Origin: Welwitschia mirabilis
Lineage: Eukaryota
DNA: 64,000 nt
Assembly: GCA_051453625.1 (NCBI GenBank)
Contig: JBOZIK010000001.1
Location: 14,023,488-14,087,487 of the forward strand
Direction: 5' to 3'
Notes under the pieces: generated by a model
What the model was told of the DNA's origin: nothing
What the model saw: the letters and a program-made list of their open reading frames with translations, nothing else
Database searches by the model: none
Position numbers and translations under genes: made by a program
Shown here: positions 53,900 through 64,000 of the stretch, in pieces
How the letters are laid out: each line of letters starts with the position of its first letter
How positions within the stretch are numbered: the stretch's first letter is position 1

Positions 53900-55400
53900 T
53901 ATAATATAGTATAAAATTGAGGGGCTATCATTTCCTAACTATAGGTCTTTTTAGAGTCTTATCACTCAAAGGGCAAGGTAATTTGCTCATTTATCCTAAG
54001 TAGTTAGGTAAAGTTACCAATTATGTAGAACATACATGTTGTTTAAATGTCTATAATTATATGGTTCACTAGGCTTCTAGGCTTATTTTTATATCGACTA
54101 CACTTATAACTATTTTTCTTATGTGATCTAATAATTATACGATATGAATATCCTTGGTGAGAATAAAAAACCATTCCATATTAGTAGCCTCACATAAACT
54201 AGCTAAAGGGCTATTATGAATGAGTAGAAAAGAAATCATATCATCACATGATATACACTAATACATGAATATCTTTAACATACCCATACATAGGCATATG
54301 TCCATATCTCCTGCCTCAAATTAGTAAGTGTGCTTATTAAAAACCATACAGAAGTTACATAAGTATTATCCAACTTTGGTAAGAAGCACCACATACAATA
54401 CATAACTTTAGTTTTTTATTAATATAGTAATGCAACTAGTGTAGCATTATTAAGTACAAGTTTATATGGATGCACGTCTTATGCACATATGAAGTATTAG
54501 CTACTATGAGATAATTTATAAGAAGCACATTGGTATTCACATTCATATGCTTGACAAGTGTTAACACTAGGTAAATATATCCACAACTAGCTACTCATTA
54601 GTTGTATTTACATAGGATTATCTATCATATTTTATTTATCCTATTTTATGCTTTAAACCATGATGTTGAAGTAATCACAAGTGAATTAAAGTAAATCAAT
54701 AAAGAACATAAAACATTCTAGATAAGGACTTCATATAATATGTCTTAATACAAGCTTTATAAACTAATGAAAACCTCTTGAAATTCTTTATCAACATGAT
54801 TTAAAATCTCTAACTCAATCATCTAAAAAGTTTCAAACTCTTCCATCATAGATTGGATCGTTAAAACTTGTACTTTTATGCTAAGAATTCCTTGGACTCT
54901 ATCCCAAGACTTTTCCATATTTAGTAGTCATAAGGTTAATAATTCTTATTATAATATCCTTTATTAGTTCATCCTAGAGTGTTCTCTTTAATTTCAAGTC
55001 CTTCCTTCAATTTTCCTTAATATTATTCTAGATTACCTTATCAATCTTGTAAACTTAATGTCATTCATCAATAAATGCATACTCCACTATCTCTAAGAGC
55101 TCTCATGAGGAGATAATTTTACAAATCTTGTATTTCCAATAAATAAAATTTGTATTCTCTATGAGCATCTAAATATTCAAATTAATATTCCATAAGGAAT
55201 TTTCTAGAACTTCTTGATCTTTCACTTAATATTATTTCTAAAAACTCACTATGATACCAAGTCAATAAATTTTGTATAATAAAAGAAATTAAAACCATCA
55301 AAAAGTTACTAAAGAAATTTTTTAACTTGTTGATGACTAAAAAGAGAACTATAAAGGACTTTATATAGGCCATAAATTAATACATAATGAACACAAACCA
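53900..55400 (-). mobile_element. Degenerate Ty1/copia gag-protease-pre-integrase remnant
   Basis: Minus strand: 'FEYL' (UBN2-like gag, ~55170), 'DELI' (~54965; cf. TLDELIG), 'ACI.RH' (cf. GCSRHM, ~54745), 'LPKL...LCNFC...NKHT' (~54330-54385; GAG-pre-integrase). Each motif is weak individually. Confidence 0.45.
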
Positions 55401-57779
55401 CTAGATTTAACAATCATAAAACTAAGAATGTAACTATGTTGTGTAAGTATGTCATAATAGCAAATTATAAATAGTATAAGTAATAATCTAGTCTTAAATA
55501 ATGGCAAATTCTAAAGAATCAAAAAAGGAAAAAACATAATAATATAAAACATGAAATATTTTATGAAGTTTGAGGTCAATAAAGTTGAATGTGATAGTAA
55601 CTAGATGTGCATAACCTTTTAGGTCTTACTTCTCTTCATACAAAGTTTAATCTTATCTTTGTGCTTGTAATAATGATTCCAATATAGAATGTTAGCCAAC
55701 ACATTATTTTTTAATATTACCCTATTATGAACCAATTTTTCAATAATGTCTAGCTATCTATTAGATGAGATATAAAATCCATTTCTATGAGTTCTTTTAT
55801 TGGATATGATTTTGTCTTAGAGGATTATTTGAAGGATGTCCTTTAATGAGGCAAGATCATTCTTTATTCTTCTTTCTTATTTACTTTTTCTTCTAATCCT
55901 GTTTTCCTCCCTTTGTAGTAAAACCTAAGAAACATTCATTATGTATATTTATCTATCTTTAATGCTATTTATAATTCTCTTCAGTTTGAAAACTTAATTA
56001 AAAAAGGATAATGTTTTCTAGTGGTCTTGGTATATGTGATTTTTACATTTTGCAACTTATGGAAAGAAAAAACTACTTCCTATGGTTATATATCTATAAA
56101 TATAAATCATAAGTATCTTTGTTTGTATCTTTAATATCTTAATAAATAATCCTTAAATTTTTTATTATGTTATATATGAAACATGCATTATTATAGGGAC
56201 ATTACATACCTCTTCTTACTTGCCTGTGTGGATCATTGTCATTAACATTTCTATTGACTGTTTTAGAAATGGGCATGGGGGCTAGAATATTCATATGATG
56301 ATAACTTCTGAATCTCAAAAAGTAAGCTAACTCCATCTTCTTTTTGTCTTTTTTTAAAGTTAAAAAAATCCTGAATATAATAGAGTATGCTAGTGATTTT
56401 TACTTATTGCTAGGATTTTGAGTGTTGTCTTAAGAGCCTCATTAACTATCAAGCCCATGTAGTAGAAAAATATTATTTTCTTTGTTTTAAGAACCCACCT
56501 ATACTTCTTTCATGTTATTATTCTATTTCTTATGGAAGTATCACAAAAAGGCCTAAACATGAAGGAAAGAAATAGTAGGATAGGATCTAATTCTCATTTT
56601 TCAATTAGATTTAATTATTATAGTGATGTTTTTGGATATAGTTTAGTGATGCAAAGTAATTAATTAACCATTTTAATTCAATTTTTATCATATTAACTTT
56701 TAAAAAATAAAAATCAAATTTAATACTACTCAAAATTAGATTAAACTTGAAAAACAAAAAAAATATTATGAATCATCAAAAAAATTATATATGGATAAAC
56801 TTCTTACAAATTCATGATATAAACTGTAAAACTATAAGAAATAAAATTTATTTGATAATAAGTCTACTTTTTTATAATTTTGAACATTCAAAAACATGCA
56901 AAAACACACTCAATTATCTATATAAATTATTCAAGTTATGATTTCTACATTATTATCAAGTAATACAAAGATAATATATTTCAAATCGAACATCATACAG
57001 AAAACAAGGCTTTATTCATAATTAAAATATAAATAAAAATATTTCATCAAATGCATTTGTTACAATTTATAATTAGTGAACTTAATTTACCATTAATTAT
57101 AATTAAAAATAATTTAATCTAACTAGTAATGAAATTAAATCATGATCAACAATCAACCCCTAATGAGATAATTAAATAATTGGTTTGACTATAATGCTTG
57201 TGAATAACTGCTTTACATTTCTCAAAGATGAATTTGTTCAAAAGCCTACCACTCCTTGAAGTCTATTTTATCAATGTAAGTTAAATGTAATATATTCATA
57301 GACAAAATTTTCTATTATGTTTCTTTTATCAATTTAAATCAACAAAAATAAAGTTACGATTGAAGTGTAGTAATTTTATTTATTTGTTTTATAGTTGCAT
57401 ATGATCTAGTCCATCTTGTTATTCTACACTTATTCTAGGATATTATTCATTGGGAGTGTTTACAAGTAAAGTGGTTCAGCATTTTAATTTCAATCACTTT
57501 AATATTGTATTAGCATTACACTGCTTGATATTTACATTGCATTTCTATAAGTATTAATTTTTTCTTTTGATAATATATCTAGGATTACAAATATTATAAA
57601 AATAAACATGATGGCATTGTTATATCTATTATCATTAATTAATAGATTTATTTATATGGGAGATAAGATTTAAACATGTATGGATATATATTACATAATC
57701 AAAGATAGTTAAAACCTTATTCTTAACTCTAAATAATATTAAGTACTTATTATTTTAATATTAATATATGTAGGACATT

Positions 57780-60700
57780 TAAGAAGTAGGAGAATGATGT
57801 CAAGAAATTCATATAATTTGTAAGTAACAATATTGATAATTCTCAAGGCATATTATGTCCATGTGTAAAATGTCGTAATGCATATTGTCAATAGACAAAT
57901 AAAGTTTCTAAGAATCTTTTATGAAAAGACATGAATCTTACCTATGTAAATTGCATTAATATTATGCATGGGAAAACTTTAAAAGAACATTTTAATTAAT
58001 CTAGTAGTAATAATATCTTATAGATCTAGTTTCAATTTTGGAAGAACCCTTCATGTACTTTAATGATGATGAACAATCACATGAAGAGAAAAATAACATG
58101 TATTTTTTACACTATAATAATTCATATCGTGACATTAAAAATACAAAATATGATAGGCTAACCAGAGTTGATAAAGAGCTATTATACCCTAGTTGCATAA
58201 AATATTTAAAGATTTTTATGACTATCAAATTGCTAATCATCAAATCAATGGGTGGATGGTTAAATTAAACATTTCTAATGTTACTTGAGCTTTTGCATAA
58301 CTTTTTTCTACAATGAAATACAATTCCAATTTCTTATATTAAATTGAAGAGGATACTTCATTCTTTAGGTATGAACTATAATAAGATACATGCATGTCCT
58401 AATGCTTATGTGTTATATTTGGAGTATTATAAGGATAAAAATAAATGTCCTTAGTGTGATGCATCTAGATGGATATCAAGAAGAGAATATAAGGAGAATA
58501 ATGTAGATAAAAAAAAAAACATTTCCAAAGTACTATGATACTTTCCATTAAGTCCAAGGCTAAAAATGTTTTATGCATCACCCACAATACTAGAGCATAT
58601 AATACAAGATCCAAAGGTGGAAAGATAATGGTATAATGTGGTATTTAGTAGATTATATCTTATGAAAGAACATTAATAAATCATATGATAAATTTAAATT
58701 TAATCCTATACATGTAAGACTTGGTATTGTAATAGATGAATTTATCCTTTTTTGAAATGCTTTCTAATTCTTATAGCTATTGGTTAATTATAATTCTTAT
58801 CTATAATTTTCCACCATAATCATGTGTGAAAAGGTATTATTTGATGCTTTATTTATTAATATCTAGGTCTAAAAACTAGGTAAAAATAATTAATATAAAC
58901 CTNNNNNNNNNNNNNNNNNNNNNNNNNNNNNNNNNNNNNNNNNNNNNNAAAACTTTTGATACTTTTAAGGAGGCATTCTTCATCATGAATGTAGTGCTAC
59001 TTTGGATAATAGATGATTTTCTATTTTATGAAAACATCTTAAGATGGAGTATAAAGAGGATATTAGCATGTCTCCTATGTGCTTATAAAACCAACTTTCT
59101 ATATTTGCCTCATAGTGAAAAACATGATTATCAAGGTGATGGAAGATTTCTTAACAGGAATCATAGGTATGAGTGAATGAAGAGATCTTTGAATAGAAAA
59201 GAAAAATAAGAGGAAGAGCCTAAGCCATGAAGCAGAAATGAAATTATTAAAGAACTCAACATCATGGAGTTTAATTAGAAAAGGTGTGTAGTTAAAATTA
59301 AATATAAGAGGACAAAAGTGCAAAACTCTATAAGAAAAAGTGAAAACAAAAAAAAAAACATTTAAATATTAATCAATCTATTAATTTAAAAGGCCACAAA
59401 GCAAGTGGAAAAAAATCTAATTGNNNNNNNNNNNNNNNNNNNNNNNNNNNNNNNNNNNNNNNNNNNNNNNNNNNNNNNNNNNNNNNNNNNNNNNNNNNNN
59501 NNNNNNNNNNNNNNNNNNNNNNNTATGAAAACATCTTAGGATGGAGTATAAAGAGGAGATTATAATGTCTCATATGTGCTTATAAAACCAACTTTCTATG
59601 TTTGCCTCATAGTGTAAAACATGATTATCAAGGTGATAGAAGATTTCTTAATAGGAATAATAGGTATGAGTGAACAAAGATATCTTTGAATAGAAAAGAA
59701 AAATAAGAGGAAGAGCCTAATTTGTAAAGCAAGAATGAAATTCTCAAAGAACTCAACATCATGGAGTTTAATTAGAAAACATGTGTAGTTAAAATTAAAT
59801 ATAAGAGGACAAAAGTGCAAAAATCTATAAGCAAAAGAAAAAAAACATTTAAATATTACTCAATCTATTAATTTAGAAGGCCATAAAGCAAGTGCAAGAA
59901 AACTAGTTGTGTGTTTAAAGGGAAAAGCTTAACAATGGAGGAAGTAAGAAATCAATATTATTTAATCTTCCATATTTGAAGGTAATAGAAGATTATGAGA
60001 TATTTTACTTGTAAATTCTTTACCAAATTTAATACAATTTGAAATTTCTAAATGTACATAGGATTATAATGTATGATATAATTTGGATCTTATACATGCT
60101 GGAAAGAATGTCTATGATATCTTACTAAGCACTATCATCAATATTAAAGGAGAATAAAAGGAAAAGATAAAAGCATGACTAAATCTCAAATAGCTAGGTA
60201 TCAGAGATGAACTTGCAACTATTACATTGAATGATAGTTAAAAAAGCATTTCTTCTATTTTTTAATTTTTTGATGTTAGAGAAGAAAAAGAATTCTTTTC
60301 TCAATATGCTATTACAGTTAAAACTTCTAGATGGTTTATGAGCAAATATTCATAGGTATATTCTAGAAAGTGAATGTATACTTTCTAGGCTTAAGCCTTG
60401 ACTATCATGTTATTTTGCAACAAATTATTTCTATTACTTTGCATAACTTACTTTATTCAAGGTATGTCCTTTAATAATTTAATTATGTATCTTATTCAAG
60501 AATATTTACTAAAAAATCTAATATAAAAAATTTGAAAGAATAAATTCATGAATTACTATCATACTTTATGATCTTGAGAGAATATTTCCTCTAGTTTCTT
60601 TGATATCCTAATGTATGTTCCTATTTAATTGATAGAATAATTAGGTTTTATGGGTCTAATCAATATTGATGAATGTATCCTATTGAAAGGTAATAAGAAT

Positions 60701-61036
60701 ACTTATTTTTTGAATAAATTTAGACTTTTAATAAGTATTAAATAACTATCCATTTTGACATATTTGCCATGTAGATTCTTAAAAGTATTAAAGGGTATGT
60801 TAAGAACAAGAATGAACTAGAGGTATTTATTTTAGAATAATTTTTAGAAGAGGAGGCATTAAGTTTTTAAAGAAAATATATGAGAAATATTTAAACTTTG
60901 AAATTTATATAAAAAATAATGAGGTTTTTGATAATAACTCTAATGAATCATGTTTGTATCCAAAATGAAGATCACTATGTGCTGCAGAGGGAATTATCTT
61001 TACTAAAATAGAAATTAAACAACCACATAGATATGT
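57780..61036 (+). pseudogene. Degenerate CACTA (En/Spm TnpD-like) transposase with introns, truncated by an LTR insertion
   Basis: Motifs in order: 'LCPCVKCRN', 'LLYPSC', 'KIHACPN', 'KCP*CDASRW', 'KVL*YFP', 'VRLGI..DEF', 'YNFPP', 'LLWIIDDF..Y.NI..WS.K..LAC..C', 'NLDLIHAGKNV', 'DYHV', 'LERIFP', '*MYPIER', 'YVKNK', 'QPHRYV'. GT-AG introns at 59982-60061 and 60690-60774. Confidence 0.92.
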
Positions 61037-62124
61037 TGTTATGATGTTAACTTAACTTATTTAATACACTTGTGGATTACATTTTTAGGTCCTATTTATA
61101 GGTTTTTCCAAGGATTTATGCAAATTATACAAATCTTCTATACAACTCAAAAGATGTAATATTTTCCAACATAAGAAGCTATTTTTAAATGATGATGGAC
61201 CAAAGCAATTTGATAAATATGTTATGGTTGTCCTCCAAATCACTGGGATAGTAGAGGGGATGATAGTTAATAAACTATAATTGTCGTATATGTCATGAAA
61301 ATGACAATCAGGAAGACAGTTAGCATATTTGACATGTGTTAAGAAGTAATTAGTAAATGGAATATCGTCCTCCATGTTATGAAAATAACACAATGGATGA
61401 TAGTTAAAATAAATGAAAGAGTGAATCTAATTTGTACCTCTTCATTTCACACCCCTTAGTAACCTATTCCAACCTATAGATAGACCCTTTTGGATCCTAT
61501 TCCAAATCATCTTTTTTTACCTATGCTCTTGTGATAATTAAAGATTGTTGAAGGCAAGGAGATCCATTCTNNNNNNNNNNNNNNNNNNNNNNNNNNNNNN
61601 NNNNNNNNNNNNNNNNNNNNNNNNNNNNNNNNNNNNNNNNNNNNNNNNNNNNNNNNNNNNNNNNNNNNNNNNNNNNNNNNNNNNNNNNNNNNNNNNNNNN
61701 NNNNNNNNNNNNNNNNNNNNNNNNNNNNNNNNNNNNNNNNNNNNNNNNNNNNNNNNNNNNNNNNNNNNNNNNNNNNNNNNNNNNNNNNNNNNNNNNNNNN
61801 NNNNNNNNNNNNNNNNNNNNNNNNNNNNNNNNNNNNNNNNNNNNNNNNNNNNNNNNNNNNNNNNNNNNNNNNNNNNNNNNNNNNNNNNNNNNNNNNNNNN
61901 NNNNNNNNNNNNNNNNNNNNNNNNNNNNNNNNNNNNNNNNNNNNNNNNNNNNNNNNNNNNNNNNNNNNNNNNNNNNNNNNNNNNNNNNNNNNNNNNNNNN
62001 NNNNNNNNNNNNNNNNNNNNNNNNNNNNNNNNNNNNNNNNNNNNNNNNNNNNNNNNNNNNNNNNNAAGTTAATTTTGATCTTTAGAATATTAGAATTAGA
62101 ATCACAATACACATCATAACATTT

Positions 62125-62142
62125 TGGCACCATTTCCAGGGA
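62125..62142 (+). promoter_or_regulatory. Degraded tRNA-Asp primer-binding site
   Basis: TGGCACCATTTCCAGGGA vs TGGCGCCGTTGCCGGGGA; three G>A changes at CpG and one transversion. Confidence 0.8.
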
Positions 62143-63129
62143 GGAATTCAAAATAAAAAGGAAGATTATGACTACTAAAATACGTATTTTGATTTTATTT
62201 CAATTTATTTGTTTGAGTAGTATTGTATTTTATCCTCTTAGATCTACTTGTAATTTTTTGATTACCTTTTGGTCTCATAAATTGTTTGATTATCCATTTG
62301 GACTATACATTAANNNNNNNNNNTTCCTTTCTTTACGTTTAGGTAAAATTTTAATTTAAAGAATTCATATTTCAATTTAGTAATTTATTATATCTATCCC
62401 TCGTACTTCATATGATCTCAGGGATTACATATTGATTATTATTTTCAACAAACTTGGCCTATACTTTATGCTTCATTCAATCTAAGTGATTGCCACATTC
62501 TTTTGGTCTATCCTACTTCTTACACCTTTAAGTAATCTTAGAGATTGATGCACTTGAATGTAAAGAAGTTTGTATAACATAGATTGATCTTACAGCATAA
62601 TGATAAATATAAGAAAAGGCAAANNNNNNNNNNNNNNNNNNNNNNNNNNNNNNNNNNNNNNNNNNNNNNNNNNNNNNNNNNNNNNNNNNNNNNNNNNNNN
62701 NNNNNNNNNNNNNNNNNNNNNNNGAATGTAAAGAAGTTTGTATAACATAGATTGACCTTATAGCATAATGGTAAATAGTATAAAAGGCAAATACGCTCAT
62801 GAAAAACATTTCCTTTGAAGTATTTAAAGAAGGTGTGGTGGAATTTAATTCAAGAACTCAAGGTGAGAAATAAAAATTTAATTCATGAATTGAGCAAGAC
62901 GATTATTCTACATTTACTATTTCTTGTTCGCATACTCTTAAGTCTTTAAAAAATACACCAATTTTTACTAAAAATTTTACCTCTTCTCTTTTTCCTCATC
63001 ATCCTAATACTCTTACCTTTATGGCATCTAATAAATGTTCACTCAAAATGTCAAGATTCTCTAATTCAAATATCACTTTAAAGCATATGTTACCTAACAA
63101 AAAGAAGAAACTTCAAAACCCATTTTACC

Positions 63130-63712
63130 TACCCCTTGGAGATGACATAGAGTTAAAAAACTTAAATGCCTATCCTACCTTTTTTGGAGAACCTAATAAG
63201 GACCCATTTCAACACATAGATGAGATTGAACAATTCATTCTTACTTTATGAAATGGGAAAAATAAAATTTTAGATATGACCTACATGATAATCTTTCCAT
63301 TTACCTTAAAAGAAAAAGTAAAAAATTAGCTTAAAACCATTTCACATAGAAGTCTTAAGTCATAGAATCATGTACAAAAAGCCTTTATCAAACAATTCAT
63401 AAATGAGATAATCATCAGTATAAGAAAAAAAAGAACTAACAAGTTTTCAACAATACCCTTATGAAGATTATTCTTTAACATATGAAAATTGTTTGATAGC
63501 CATCTCATTCAACCTAGTAAATGTATTTGCAAAACAAAAACTTATTGATTACTTCTATAGTAAATTAAATAATCAAACTAAACAAACATTAGATTCTTCA
63601 TGTGATGGAGATTTACTTAATTTAACCTTACACAATGCTTAAAACCTTTTAGCAGACCTTGTAGAAAGAAGTCAAATATAGCCAAAAACTATATGTAAAG
63701 ATACTATACCTA
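63130..63712 (+). pseudogene. Degenerate retrotransposon gag
   Basis: 'YPTFFGEPNKDPFQHIDE', 'IFPFTLKEKVKN*L' and 'LDSSCDGDLLN' match Athila-type gag motifs. Confidence 0.85.
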
Positions 63713-64000
63713 NNNNNNNNNNNNNNNNNNNNNNNNNNNNNNNNNNNNNNNNNNNNNNNNNNNNNNNNNNNNNNNNNNNNNNNNNNNNNNNNNNNNNNNN
63801 NNNNNNNNNNNNTGTATAACATAGATTGATCTTACAGCATAATGATAAATATAAGAAAAGGCAAATGCACTCATGAAAAATAGTTCCTTGATGAAGTAGT
63901 CAAAGAAGGTGGGATGGAATTTAATTCAAGAACTCAAGATGAGAAAGAAAAATTTAATTCATGAATTAAGCAAGATGGTTATTCTACATTTACTATTTAT

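Larger units (their letters stand above)
61037..64000 (+). mobile_element. 5' part of a third Athila-like Ty3/gypsy element (5' LTR 61037-~62120, PBS, leader, gag), running out of the window
   Basis: LTR start TGTTATGATGTTAACTTAAC is homologous to the LTR at 19759(-). PBS at 62125; gag motifs downstream. Confidence 0.85.

Overview
Gene-free, very AT-rich plant nuclear DNA from a gappy draft assembly. It is made almost entirely of old, stop-riddled, nested transposons, and no intact protein-coding gene, RNA gene or CRISPR array is supported. In order along the window: the 3' part of a Sirevirus-type (Ty1/copia) LTR (1-1240); a decayed CRM-type Ty3/gypsy gag-pol on the minus strand (~3.56-6.2 kb); a tRNA-derived SINE candidate with a 12-bp target-site duplication (TSD) (7204-7404); a weak hAT transposase remnant; and a gag-protease-only Athila-like LTR element (12578-41113). 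The 3' LTR of that element is split by an ~18-kb full-length non-chromovirus gypsy element (22635-40610; gag-PR-RT-RH-INT plus an env-like ORF), whose own 5' LTR carries a ~400-bp GC/CpG-rich foreign insert. Further right are two decayed CACTA transposases, a copia gag-pol remnant, and a third Athila-like element inserted into the second CACTA. Mutations are dominated by C>T/G>A changes at CG and CHG sites. Most 100-N gaps are flanked by two versions of the same sequence differing by several percent, which looks like two haplotypes or paralogues interleaved by the assembler rather than real tandem repeats. I found no convincing novel biological system; the most notable items are the nesting history, the foreign insert, the SINE and the unusual gypsy lineage. 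All protein-family calls come from motifs recognised by eye, not from searches.
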